In this document: positions 1-9,154 of the stretch, one piece after another
Numbering within the stretch: position 1 is the stretch's first letter
Layout: each line of letters opens with the position of its first letter
Assembly: GCA_043816785.1 (NCBI GenBank)
Contig: JBDRHP010000020.1
Span: forward strand, 1 to 64,000
DNA: 64,000 nt
Direction: 5' to 3'
Source: Candidatus Margulisiibacteriota bacterium
GTDB taxonomy: Bacteria; Margulisbacteria; WOR-1; O2-12-FULL-45-9
Translations under genes and position numbers: made by a program
The notes under the pieces: generated by a model
Databases searched by the model: none
Seen by the model: only the letters and a program-made list of their open reading frames with translations
What the model was told of the DNA's origin: nothing

Positions 1-420
1 CCCTGGAAAGAACTTTACCTTTTTGCTGCCCAATTTCTTGTCCAGCAGCAGCATGATCTTTTTCGCCTCAGCTGTAGTGATATGCCCAGCAGTAAAATCT
101 TTCATTTTCCGATCTTTGACCGTTACCAGGTTACAGCGAAAAGCAATTTCATCCTTGCCAAGCTTAATGCCTAAGCTGGCGGCTTCCAAAGGACCGCGAC
201 CGGTATAGTATTGTTTTGGGTTATAGCCAAAAATACTCATGTTCGCAACGTCTGAGGCTGGCAGCATGCCTTTGGGCACGTTCTTCACCCAGCCGCAAGT
301 GCCGTTCTGCGCCAGAAAATCCATGTTAGGGGTCTTAGCAACTTCCAGCGGGGTTTTTGCTTTAAGCTCTTTTAAGGGGAGATCGGACATTCCGTCGCCA
401 ATCAACACCAGGTACTTCAT
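1..420 (-). CDS. apgM: Cofactor-independent phosphoglycerate mutase, archaeal ApgM type (5' part; runs off the window edge)
   Basis: Manual translation from ATG at 420: MKYLVLIGDGMSDLPLKELKAKTPLEVAKTPNMDFLA...PASDVANMSIFGYNPKQYYTGRGPLEAASLG. Not in the ORF track. Confidence 0.88.
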   Translation of the reverse strand, partial: MKYLVLIGDGMSDLPLKELKAKTPLEVAKTPNMDFLAQNGTCGWVKNVPKGMLPASDVANMSIFGYNPKQYYTGRGPLEAASLGIKLGKDEIAFRCNLVTVKDRKMKDFTAGHITTAEAKKIMLLLDKKLGSKKVKFFPG

Positions 421-1118
421 CTGATGTCCTCAGCATTTTTCGTGGGAGTTCCGGGCAGCAGCTTATTCTCCTTTAAAAGCTTACGGATCTTTTTCTCCTG
501 ATCTTGGGCTGTCTTTTTATATTCAACAGCGTTATTTAAAAATTTATCAGGAGCCAATTTTTGCAATTCCTCTGCGCCTTGTTTAAGCCCGTTTTCTTCG
601 CCTGCCTTATCAACCAGATTGTTCTTCATCAGATCGTTGATCTTGGGAGCCAGCTTCTGGGCATAGGGATATGCCCAGTGGTAAAACGCTATGCATGTGC
701 GGGATAACAATGATTCCTTGATCACTTTTTGTGAACCGTCAGAAATCGGCATAGCTAACACCAGCTGAAGCACGATCCCGCAGATCAATAAACCCTTAAG
801 CCCACCGATAATCACTCCCCCAACCTTATCCACCGGCCCTAAAACAATAACCGTAATGATCTTTTTGAAAAGCAGAGTAAGTAACAGATCTAAAACAACA
901 TAAGAGAAAACCCAAACAACAAGAAAAACAATGATCGCGCCCAGATATTTTGGGTCATTAAACTGCGGGGAACCTTTAGCTAGAAAAGCCACTACGCTGC
1001 TGGCCAGAAAAAGCGAGAAAAAAACCGCAGCCACGCTGCCCAGGGATTTGAAGATCCCTTCCCGCAGCCCCAGAATGAGAAATAAGAAAATAAGGATCCC
1101 AAGTATTACATCAAGCAT
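417..1118 (-). CDS. CvpA family membrane protein
   Basis: Hydrophobic N-terminus MLDVILGILIFLFLILGLREG; later DKVGGVIIGGLKG; follows purE. Confidence 0.8.
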   Translation of the reverse strand: MLDVILGILIFLFLILGLREGIFKSLGSVAAVFFSLFLASSVVAFLAKGSPQFNDPKYLGAIIVFLVVWVFSYVVLDLLLTLLFKKIITVIVLGPVDKVGGVIIGGLKGLLICGIVLQLVLAMPISDGSQKVIKESLLSRTCIAFYHWAYPYAQKLAPKINDLMKNNLVDKAGEENGLKQGAEELQKLAPDKFLNNAVEYKKTAQDQEKKIRKLLKENKLLPGTPTKNAEDIR

Positions 1119-1121
1119 TAT

Positions 1122-1574
1122 TTAACCCTTGGCCAGGCGGGTTTTTAATTCTTTGAGTTTACTTTTTATTAGGGGGTATTTAAGCGCCAGGATCTGCGCT
1201 GCCAAAATGGCAGCATTCTTGGCCCCATCAATGGCCACAGTGGCTACGGGTACGCCCGAAGGCATCTGGACAATAGCAAAAAGCGCATCGTGGCCTGAAA
1301 GAGCTGGCGAATGTACTGGAACCCCAATTACTGGCAAAGTAGTTTGGGCTGCCACGACCCCGGGCAAAGCTGCTGCCATGCCGGCAACCGCAATTAGCAC
1401 CTCGTACTTTCCTTCGGCGTCCTTGGCAAAAGCTTCTACTTTTTTGGGGGTGCGATGGGCTGAGGCAACGGTAACATCGTAAGCAATCTCGAGCTCCTTG
1501 AGCTGCTTTTCGATCTTTTCCACCAGCGGCAGATCTGATTTACTGCCGGTTATTATCCCGATTTTGGGCTCCAT
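1122..1574 (-). CDS. purE: N5-CAIR mutase
   Basis: GSKSD, SAHRTP, AGMAAALPG, PVIGVP and VQMPSGVPVATV motifs. Confidence 0.97.
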   Translation of the reverse strand: MEPKIGIITGSKSDLPLVEKIEKQLKELEIAYDVTVASAHRTPKKVEAFAKDAEGKYEVLIAVAGMAAALPGVVAAQTTLPVIGVPVHSPALSGHDALFAIVQMPSGVPVATVAIDGAKNAAILAAQILALKYPLIKSKLKELKTRLAKG

Positions 1575-1657
1575 TATTCCTCCACCTGGTCCTAATTATC
1601 CGACACGATTATATCTCACTTTCGTGGTTTTTACAACTGTGCTATACTGCGGCTAAG

Positions 1658-2503
1658 ATGAGAAAAGTAACCGGTTTAATCGGCTATCCGCTGGGCCATT
1701 CTGTCTCTCCAGCCATGCACAACGCGGCTTTTAAAAAGCTTGGCCTTGATTATGAATACGTTCCCTTTGAGGTTAACCCCGAAGACCTGGCCGAAGCACT
1801 CAAAGGTTTGCGGGCCTTGCATGTTGCTGGTTTTAATGTGACCATTCCCCACAAAGAAGCCATTGTGCCTTTGCTTGATGAGGTCACTAAACTAGCTCGG
1901 GTCATTGGCGCAGTCAACACCGTCATTAATCAGGAAGGGAAGCTGGTTGGCTACAACACAGATGGCGCAGGCTTTATTGAATCATTAAAAGAAGACGCCA
2001 AGATCGACCCCAAAGGTAAAGCTGTGGTGGTGCTGGGCGCCGGGGGAGCCAGCCGGGCAGTGGTGGTCATGCTGGCGGAATCAGGCGCTAAATCCATAGT
2101 CCTTTCTGATATTGAGGCTGATAAAGCCAATAAATTATCCGATTACGTTGACTCATATTTTGGCAATGCCGGGGGCAGCGTGCCGCCTAACAGCCCAGAG
2201 CTGCAGCGAGCGCTTGATCAAGCGGATATTCTGGTCAACACAACACCCGTAGGCATGAAGCCAAAAACTAAGGTAAGCCCACTGGCAAAACAGATCACGC
2301 TGCCAAAAAAACTCCTAGTTTATGATCTAGTTTATAATCCAGCCCAAACCCAACTATTAAAAGATGCCTCAGCAGCCGGCTGCAAAACCTGTTCTGGCCT
2401 GGGCATGCTGGTGCGGCAGGGAGCGATCGCCTTCACCCTCTGGACCGGCGAAGAAGCCCCGATCAAAGATATGTACCAGGCAGCTGAAAAGGCCTTGTAC
2501 TGA
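1658..2503 (+). CDS. aroE: Shikimate dehydrogenase
   Basis: GHSVSPAMHN, NVTIPHK, GAVNT, NTDG, GAGGAS and GLGMLVRQG motifs. Confidence 0.96.
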   Translation: MRKVTGLIGYPLGHSVSPAMHNAAFKKLGLDYEYVPFEVNPEDLAEALKGLRALHVAGFNVTIPHKEAIVPLLDEVTKLARVIGAVNTVINQEGKLVGYNTDGAGFIESLKEDAKIDPKGKAVVVLGAGGASRAVVVMLAESGAKSIVLSDIEADKANKLSDYVDSYFGNAGGSVPPNSPELQRALDQADILVNTTPVGMKPKTKVSPLAKQITLPKKLLVYDLVYNPAQTQLLKDASAAGCKTCSGLGMLVRQGAIAFTLWTGEEAPIKDMYQAAEKALY

Positions 2504-2524
2504 CGGAATTACGACACCTTTCCC

Positions 2525-2552
2525 CCTAATCCCTATTCCTTACCCCCTATTT
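2525..2552 (+). repeat. Degenerate heptamer tandem repeat (CCTAATC-like)
   Basis: cctaatc cctattc cttaccc cctattt; same unit as inside gcvPA at 38577-38611. Confidence 0.65.
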
Positions 2553-2590
2553 TCCCTGGTAATAAACTTGCTGGTAGCTCCTTAGTCTCG

Positions 2591-3167
2591 AATTTTATCA
2601 CGAATCAGCAATCTCAAAGAAATTCGAATTCTGGTCGCGAATGGTTAGTTCGCAAATTTGACGAATTTCTCACAAATTAGAGGGGGTACAAAATGGTAGA
2701 GATTATCCACAAGGAGTTGAGTTATAAAATAGTCGGGATCCTTTATGATGTTTTCAATAAATTGGGACCAGGATATCAAGAAAAATACTACCAAAAAGCA
2801 ATAAAAATGGCGCTTGATTATGAAAAGATCCCATATTTAGAACAGGTTAGGGCGGACTTAGAATACAAAGGCAAATTTATCGGAAGATATTATATTGATT
2901 TTGTTATTGATCATAAAATAGTTTTGGAAATAAAAATTTCCACAAACTTCTCTAAGCAAGCCATCAGGCAAGTCCTTGGTTATCTTAGGAAAAGCAGAAT
3001 AGAACTAGGCATTTTAGCAACCTTCGGAAATGAAAGCCTAAAATATAAGCGCATCCTAAAAGGACGAAACTTATTAAAAAGTTCGGGTGAATTAGACAAA
3101 ATTCGTGAAAACCAATTCGCGACAAAAATTTGCAATCCTTCGAGACCAAATGATTAGTGATAAAATT
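2591..3167. mobile_element. GxxExxY nuclease cassette bounded by ~78-bp imperfect inverted repeats (2591-2667 and 3090-3167)
   Basis: Left arm aattttatcacgaatca..tctcaaaga..cgaattctggtcgcgaat.ggtt matches the reverse complement of the right arm, aattttatcactaatca..tctcgaagga..caaatttttgtcgcgaattggtt. Confidence 0.65.
2693..3157 (+). CDS. GxxExxY protein (PD-(D/E)xK nuclease superfamily)
   Basis: LGPGYQEKYYQKA, YIDFVIDHKIVLEIK and QVLGYL motifs; AT-rich. Confidence 0.92.
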   Translation: MVEIIHKELSYKIVGILYDVFNKLGPGYQEKYYQKAIKMALDYEKIPYLEQVRADLEYKGKFIGRYYIDFVIDHKIVLEIKISTNFSKQAIRQVLGYLRKSRIELGILATFGNESLKYKRILKGRNLLKSSGELDKIRENQFATKICNPSRPND

Positions 3168-4178
3168 ACAATAATTCGCGATAACAGCAATAGTACTCCC
3201 TCCCTTCTAGATGAAATCATTAAGACGGCAATTGACCTTCAAGCTTCAGATATCCATCTTGAGCCTCGCGAAGATTATTTTAGAATTCGCTTTCGTGTAG
3301 ATGGCCTACTGCAAGATGGCAAACCAGTCCACAAATCAAAACAACCTTCCTTGATCTCCCGGGTAAAGGTTATGGTAAATCTCGATATTGCTGAAAGCCG
3401 CTTACCCCAGGACGGCCGGACAAATTTAAAGCTCGGTAAAAACACAGTTGACCTGCGGGTCTCCACCCTGCCCACACTTCACGGAGAAAAAGTTGTCCTG
3501 CGTCTATTGGACCGAAAGCAAGCGCACTTAAGCCTGGAGGAATTAGGCATGGAAAAGGCTGACCTAGCGCTTTATCAAAGGATGATCTCGCGCCGCTGCG
3601 GAATTATCCTGGTTACCGGCCCGACTGGCTCTGGCAAGACCACCACCCTTTACGCCACCTTAAGCAAGCTCAACAACAAAGATGTTAATATCACCACAAT
3701 TGAGGATCCGGTCGAATATCAACTTCCAGGCATAAACCAGATCCAGATCAATCCTAAGGCAGGCCTGACTTTTGCCCGGGGCTTGCGCTCCATCCTGCGC
3801 CAGGATCCGGATATCATTATGGTAGGGGAGATCCGCGACCTGGAAACAGCTAAGATCGCCTTCCAGGCCGCCATGACCGGCCACCTGGTTTTTTCTACCC
3901 TGCATACGAATGACGCCCCTTCCGCAGTAACGCGCTTAGCTGACATGGGCATTGACCAGTATCTGGTCGAGGCTTCGGTGATCGGCGTGGTGGCTCAACG
4001 CTTGATCAGAAAGAAAGGCCCGTCCGGTTACCAAGGGCGCGCGGGAATCTATGAGGTAATGCAAGGAACAAAACCGCAAAAGGGCATGAGAACATTAGCT
4101 GAGAATGGTTTGCTAAAAGTTCGGCAAGAAATGACAACGCAAGAAGAACTGGCCAGGGTTATTTATTTGGAAGACTGA
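3105..4178 (+). CDS. GspE/PilB family secretion ATPase, compact form (start uncertain, 3105 or 3150)
   Basis: ASDIHLEP, RLPQDGR, Walker A GPTGSGKTTT, TIEDPVE, LRQDPDIIMVGEIRD, TGHLVFSTLHTND. Confidence 0.92.
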   Translation: MKTNSRQKFAILRDQMISDKITIIRDNSNSTPSLLDEIIKTAIDLQASDIHLEPREDYFRIRFRVDGLLQDGKPVHKSKQPSLISRVKVMVNLDIAESRLPQDGRTNLKLGKNTVDLRVSTLPTLHGEKVVLRLLDRKQAHLSLEELGMEKADLALYQRMISRRCGIILVTGPTGSGKTTTLYATLSKLNNKDVNITTIEDPVEYQLPGINQIQINPKAGLTFARGLRSILRQDPDIIMVGEIRDLETAKIAFQAAMTGHLVFSTLHTNDAPSAVTRLADMGIDQYLVEASVIGVVAQRLIRKKGPSGYQGRAGIYEVMQGTKPQKGMRTLAENGLLKVRQEMTTQEELARVIYLED

Positions 4179-4420
4179 TTAAATCCTGTGGCCAGCAAAG
4201 AAACAGCAAAAGACTTTATATGATTAAAAACTGACTTGACCACATTTTGCTGAGCAAACTGTTGGCGCCTGGGGCAGCCATTGCAGATCTTAAACCTAAG
4301 CTTTGGCGCCCGGCAACTTACTTCAGGATAATAGATACAGGGTTTACCGCCAAGCTTACTCAAGCCTATTTCCTGGCTGGCGGCTGCTTCGCTGGTTTCG
4401 TCAATTCTGTTTATTTCCAT
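4163..4420 (-). CDS. Small Cys-rich hypothetical protein, preceded by the sigma-28-like motif
   Basis: 85 aa with C-x7-C-x9-C-x2-C; fills the gap between the ATPase gene and plsC; motif at 4430-4464. Confidence 0.7.
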   Translation of the reverse strand: MEINRIDETSEAAASQEIGLSKLGGKPCIYYPEVSCRAPKLRFKICNGCPRRQQFAQQNVVKSVFNHIKSFAVSLLATGFNQSSK

Positions 4421-4429
4421 GGCTTTATT

Positions 4430-4464
4430 CTAGGTATATTTCGTGATTTTCGCCGCAAAATTTC
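4430..4464 (-). promoter_or_regulatory. Sigma-28-like promoter motif, copy 1
   Basis: Minus strand: GAAA-ttttgcggcgaaaatca(17)-CGAAATATACCTAG. Confidence 0.65.
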
Positions 4465-4499
4465 ACTCTACTTTTGCTTTCTGTTATACTATTAAACGT

Positions 4500-5204
4500 A
4501 TGCTACAAAGAATATTCCATTCCGTGTTTTTCTATCTTTTAACGGTAGTGAGCTTTTTGGTCGGCACAACCATTACCCTTTTCTTTGTGCCGTTTTCCAG
4601 GTCTTCCCACAAACCGTTCCAAATTGCTGGGCACATCTGGGCAAGGTTTCTGACCTTCTTTTCCGGAGTTAAGGTTCAGGTTTCCGGGCTAGAGAATATC
4701 CCCAGGGATAAGGCATTGATCCTTGCGTCTAATCACCAGGGCGCAGCAGATATTTTGATCCTTCTAGCTTGCCTGCCAATAAATTTCCGGTTCGCCATTA
4801 AAAAAGAGCTTTTTAAAATCCCTATCTTCGGCTGGTATCTTAAGAAAGCAGGCTATTTTTCTATTGACCGCAAATTAGTGCTAAGCGCTTACCGCACCGT
4901 TGAGGCTGTTATTGAAATAATCAAAGCAGGAGAATCCGTCCTGATCTTTCCCGAAGGAACCAGAACTAAAACAGGCGAGCTCGGCAGGTTCAAACGCGGC
5001 AGTCTCCTGGCTGCCTTAAAGTCCAGGGCTCCAATTATCCCGATTGCCATCTCCGGCAGCTTTAATATTATGAAAAAGGGTTCCTGGCTGTTCCACCCCT
5101 GTCCAGTAAAATTAAGCGTTGGCAAGCCAATCGAGATTAAATCCGAAGCTGATTACGATAATAAGATAGCAGAGGTCAGAGAAACAATTGCCCGGATGCT
5201 TTAA
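4500..5204 (+). CDS. plsC: 1-acyl-sn-glycerol-3-phosphate acyltransferase
   Basis: NHQGAAD and FPEGTRT motifs; start moved to ATG 4500, after TGTTATACT. Confidence 0.9.
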   Translation: MLQRIFHSVFFYLLTVVSFLVGTTITLFFVPFSRSSHKPFQIAGHIWARFLTFFSGVKVQVSGLENIPRDKALILASNHQGAADILILLACLPINFRFAIKKELFKIPIFGWYLKKAGYFSIDRKLVLSAYRTVEAVIEIIKAGESVLIFPEGTRTKTGELGRFKRGSLLAALKSRAPIIPIAISGSFNIMKKGSWLFHPCPVKLSVGKPIEIKSEADYDNKIAEVRETIARML

Positions 5205-5225
5205 CTTTGCTATACTAAATTAAAC

Positions 5226-5729
5226 ATGGAACTCAACGGTAAAGCGCGGCGCTTTAAACAAGACAACGATATTAACACGGATTACATCATCTCCGGCCGC
5301 TATAAATTTAAGATCCAGGACCCCAATGAGCTGGCCAAGCATGTGATGGAAGATCTCGATCCCAAATTCTACAGCCGGATCCAAAAAGGCGATTTTATCG
5401 TGGCTGGCAGAAATTTTGGTTGCGGCTCTTCCCGCGAACAAGCACCAATGGCCATCAAGTATGCTAATATTTCCGCGGTGATTGCCAAATCCTTTGCCCG
5501 GATCTTTTACCGCAACTGCTACAACTTGGGTCTGCCAGCGATTGAGGCGGACACGGGCTCGATTGCCGAAGGCGATGAGCTGGAAGTTGACCTGGCAGCC
5601 GGCCTGATCAAGAATAAAACAAAAAACAAAGAGATCAAGATTGCCCCTCTGCCAAAAACCATGCAAACTTTGCTGGCAGACGGCGGCCTGGTCGAACATT
5701 TTAAAAAACATGGCGGATTTAAAATATAG
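5226..5729 (+). CDS. leuD: 3-isopropylmalate dehydratase small subunit (LeuD/DmdB type)
   Basis: [20 protein letters not shown] and SFARIFYRN motifs. Confidence 0.9.
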   Translation: MELNGKARRFKQDNDINTDYIISGRYKFKIQDPNELAKHVMEDLDPKFYSRIQKGDFIVAGRNFGCGSSREQAPMAIKYANISAVIAKSFARIFYRNCYNLGLPAIEADTGSIAEGDELEVDLAAGLIKNKTKNKEIKIAPLPKTMQTLLADGGLVEHFKKHGGFKI

Positions 5730-5750
5730 CGTCTTAGCAAGGTGGGTCCT

Positions 5751-6185
5751 ATGTCTGATCTAACAATAGTAATTAATCTTTTTGTCGCTTTTATCCTGGG
5801 TGGGATCATTGGCTGGTTAAGAGAGAAACAAGGTAAAAGCGCTGGGCTGCGCACCCATATCCTGGTTGCCGTAGGCTCTGCCCTGTTCATGCAGGTTTCT
5901 GCTGAGATGGTCCTGGTCTCAGGCATGGCTGATCCAGGCAGGATCGCAGCAGGCATCGTCACTGGCATTGGCTTTATCGGCGCGGGCGCGATCGTTCAAG
6001 CGCGCGGCGCGGTCCGCGGCATAACCACTGCCTCGTCCATCTGGGTTGTGGCAGCGATCGGCATTGCGTCAGGTTCTGGGTTCTACGTCGGGGCGATCAC
6101 GGCTACCATCATTGCCTGGCTAACCCTGGATCTGCTGCAAAAGGCCGAGAAAAAGATCATTAAAACAAAAGACTCAGGTGAGTAA
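5751..6185 (+). CDS. MgtC/SapB family membrane protein
   Basis: AGLRTHILV, DPGRIAAGIVTGIGFIGAG and GITTASSIW motifs. Confidence 0.92.
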   Translation: MSDLTIVINLFVAFILGGIIGWLREKQGKSAGLRTHILVAVGSALFMQVSAEMVLVSGMADPGRIAAGIVTGIGFIGAGAIVQARGAVRGITTASSIWVVAAIGIASGSGFYVGAITATIIAWLTLDLLQKAEKKIIKTKDSGE

Positions 6186-7086
6186 CACTCTTGTAATCCT
6201 TGGCCCCACAGCGATCGGTAAAACCTCCCTGGCCATTGAGCTGGCAAAAAACTTAAAGGCTGAGATAATCTCCGCCGACTCCATGCAGGTCTACCGTGGC
6301 ATGGATATTGGCACAGGCAAACCAACGCTCGAGGAACGCCAAGGAATTCCGCACCATCTGATTGACATAAGAAACCCGGACGAGGCCTGGACTGTTTCTG
6401 ACTTTGTTGAGCAAACCACCCAACTAACCAACGAGATAGAAAACAGAGCTGGCACACCAATCATTGTTGGCGGGACTGGCCTCTATTTGTGGACGCTGCT
6501 TGAAGGCTTTTCCTTCCCTATCGTTGCGGCTGACAAAGAGCTGCGCCAAAAGTTTGAAAAGCTTCCTGCTGCTACGCTCTATGCTCAGCTTTCTACTATC
6601 GATCCTGAAGCCGCGGCCAAGCTCCATCCTAATGACAAAAAAAGAATCGTCCGCGCCTTGGAAGTCTATGAATTAACCGGCAGCCCCATTTCTCAATTAC
6701 AAAAGAAACGCGAGGAACCGCGAAGTTTATTCGCCGGTTCCGAGCCCAAACTGCTCGGCATAAACGCCCCGCGAGAAAAACTCTACCAGCGCATTGAGCA
6801 AAGAGTCGACCAGATGATCGAGCACGGGCTGATCAATGAGGTTAAAGGCTTGCTGGCTAAAGGTTACTCAAAAAATCTGCCCGCCTTCCAAGCCTTGGGC
6901 TACAAAGAAGCCATCAGCCAGCTGGATGGCACATGGACCAAAGAGGAAATGGTCAAAGAGCTCAAAAAAAGGACCCGTAATTTTGCCCGGAGGCAAATGA
7001 CCTGGTTCAAACGCTTTAAGGACGTGAAATGGCTGGAGCTACCTGTTGACACGCAGGCTATTTTAGACTATATTAATGGCATATGA
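6178..7086 (+). CDS. miaA: tRNA dimethylallyltransferase
   Basis: GPTAIGKT, DSMQVYRGMDIGTGKP, VGGTGLY and FARRQMTWF motifs. Confidence 0.97.
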   Translation: MSNTLVILGPTAIGKTSLAIELAKNLKAEIISADSMQVYRGMDIGTGKPTLEERQGIPHHLIDIRNPDEAWTVSDFVEQTTQLTNEIENRAGTPIIVGGTGLYLWTLLEGFSFPIVAADKELRQKFEKLPAATLYAQLSTIDPEAAAKLHPNDKKRIVRALEVYELTGSPISQLQKKREEPRSLFAGSEPKLLGINAPREKLYQRIEQRVDQMIEHGLINEVKGLLAKGYSKNLPAFQALGYKEAISQLDGTWTKEEMVKELKKRTRNFARRQMTWFKRFKDVKWLELPVDTQAILDYINGI

Positions 7087-7196
7087 TCAGAACTCGCGAA
7101 CAAGAGATTAAACGCCGCAGAAAAAGAAAAAAAGAAGCCCGCCGCAAAAAAGGCCTTCTAAAACGAGCGGTTAAACAAGCCGCAACAGCCGGATGA
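7083..7196 (+). CDS. 37-aa Lys/Arg-rich small protein
   Basis: MIRTREQEIKRRRKRKKEARRKKGLLKRAVKQAATAG; ATGA overlaps with both miaA and the next gene. Confidence 0.7.
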   Translation: MIRTREQEIKRRRKRKKEARRKKGLLKRAVKQAATAG

Positions 7197-7873
7197 AAGA
7201 CCTCGGTTCTCGTCTAGATTTTCACACTCACACAATCTTCAGCGATGGTTTACTTTTACCCGCAGCCCTGGCCTACGAAGCAGCTGCCCGCGATCATGCG
7301 GCTATTGCCATAACCGACCATGTTGATGCCTCAAATCTTGAAGAGGTGATCCGCCACTTAATTAACTTTGTCAAAAAGCAAGGGCCCAGCCTGCCGCTTA
7401 AAGTTATTCCCGGTGTTGAGCTAAGCTACCTTGACCCAAAACTCATCAAGGGGTACGCAACCAAAGCCAGAAAACTTGGAGCCAAGATCGTGGTGGTTCA
7501 CGGCGAATCCCCTGTTGAGCCAGTGCCAAAGGGCACCAACCGGGCGGCCCTGCAGTTAAAAGGCTTGGTAGATATCCTGGCTCACCCGGGTCAGATCACT
7601 GAAGAAGAAGCCATCCTGGCCAAAGTAAACGATATCTATCTTGAGATTTCCGCTCGCAAGGGCCACCGCCAGGGCAACCGCCATGTGGCCAAAATGGCCA
7701 AACAGTTCAGGGCCAAGCTTTTATTAAATACCGACGCTCACTCTGAAAAAGATCTGATCACTCAGAAAAAAGCCCTGCTCATCGCGCAGGAAACCGGGTT
7801 AAAAAGAGCAGAGGCGATAAAGGTTATCAGGGATAATCCGCAGGAATTGCTTAAGAGAATCGAACGTCAATAG
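7193..7873 (+). CDS. PHP-domain phosphoesterase (histidinol-phosphatase-like)
   Basis: DFHTHT.FSDG, AITDH, GVE, LAHPG and TDAH metal-ligand motifs. Confidence 0.88.
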   Translation: MKDLGSRLDFHTHTIFSDGLLLPAALAYEAAARDHAAIAITDHVDASNLEEVIRHLINFVKKQGPSLPLKVIPGVELSYLDPKLIKGYATKARKLGAKIVVVHGESPVEPVPKGTNRAALQLKGLVDILAHPGQITEEEAILAKVNDIYLEISARKGHRQGNRHVAKMAKQFRAKLLLNTDAHSEKDLITQKKALLIAQETGLKRAEAIKVIRDNPQELLKRIERQ

Positions 7874-9119
7874 CCCGGGCATGGGCATCCAGCCCTTCGA
7901 TCTCTGCCAGAAGTTTTATATCCTTCCAGACATTCTTTAAGGCCGGTTTAGTGTAGCCAATAATGCTTTGCGACTTAACAAAATCGTAGACGCTTAATGG
8001 TGAGGCAAAGCGCGCGGTTCCGCCGGTTGGTAGAATGTGGTTGGGTCCAGCCAGGTAGTCGCCAACTGGCACTGGCGAATAAGGTCCCAGAAAAACCGCC
8101 CCAGCATTCCTGACCCGTTCCAAAAACCGCTGTGGCGAGCCGATCTCTAAGCTTAAATGCTCCGGCGCGATTTGATTGGTCAACTCAATTGCCTCCATGA
8201 TGTTCTCAACCTGAAAAATAATTATGCTGGCCTGATCAATAATTTCCCGGCGCGACAGCTTCTTTATTTGTTTATCGATCTCTTTGACGGTCCCGGCAAT
8301 AATTTCCGGCGAATCTGTCGCCAGGATCGCGAAGGAATCGGGGTCATGCTCAACCTGAGAAAGCAGGTCAGCGGCCAAGAACTCTGGCTCTGCATCCTTA
8401 TCCGCGACGATTAAAATATTTGACGGCCCGGCCAGGCTATCAATGTCCACCAGGCCAAAAACCTGCTTTTTTGCCAAGGTAACATAAATATTGCCTGGGC
8501 CCACTATCTTATCCACCTGGGGAATGGTTTCCGTGCCTAAGGCCAAAGCAGCTATTGCCTGGGCTCCCCCCACCTGATAAATTTTTGAAATGCCAACCTC
8601 AGCTGCCGCCACCAGTACCGGGGGTTTGATCGGCGGAGGGGAAACCATGATGATCTCTTTAACTCCGGCAACTTTAGCTGGGATCGCTCCCATTAAAACT
8701 GACGAAGGATAGGTAGCGCGGCCGCCAGGCACGTAAATACCAATTCGCTGCAGGGGAATAACTCTTTGGCCTAAAACTACATCCAGCGGCAAGGTTTCAA
8801 ACCACTCATCAGGCCGCTGCTTTTGGTGATAGGCGGTAATATTGCCAATTGCTTTGGCCAGGGTCGCCTTAAAGGCATTATCAACTTGCTGATAAGCCTG
8901 TTCAATTTCCTTGGCTGAAACCTGGAGCATCTCAACTGAGAAATCCTTGGCGTCGAACTTTCTAGTGTACTCAACCAGCGCCTGGTCTCCCGATCGAGAC
9001 ACAGCCAGAATAATCTGTTTGACCACTTCCTCCTGCGGGGACTCAAGCTTAAAAGATTGTTGCTCCTGTATAGCGGCTATTTCTTCTTGGATATTATCCT
9101 TTCCAACAACCTTAAGCAT
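7851..9119 (-). CDS. hisD: Histidinol dehydrogenase
   Basis: YVPGG, GGAQAIAALA, GPGNIYV, DLLSQVEHD, APEHL and GPNHILPT motifs. Confidence 0.97.
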   Translation of the reverse strand: MLKVVGKDNIQEEIAAIQEQQSFKLESPQEEVVKQIILAVSRSGDQALVEYTRKFDAKDFSVEMLQVSAKEIEQAYQQVDNAFKATLAKAIGNITAYHQKQRPDEWFETLPLDVVLGQRVIPLQRIGIYVPGGRATYPSSVLMGAIPAKVAGVKEIIMVSPPPIKPPVLVAAAEVGISKIYQVGGAQAIAALALGTETIPQVDKIVGPGNIYVTLAKKQVFGLVDIDSLAGPSNILIVADKDAEPEFLAADLLSQVEHDPDSFAILATDSPEIIAGTVKEIDKQIKKLSRREIIDQASIIIFQVENIMEAIELTNQIAPEHLSLEIGSPQRFLERVRNAGAVFLGPYSPVPVGDYLAGPNHILPTGGTARFASPLSVYDFVKSQSIIGYTKPALKNVWKDIKLLAEIEGLDAHARAIDVRFS

Positions 9120-9154
9120 AAAGCAAATATATCACATTGTTTTTGGTTAAACAA

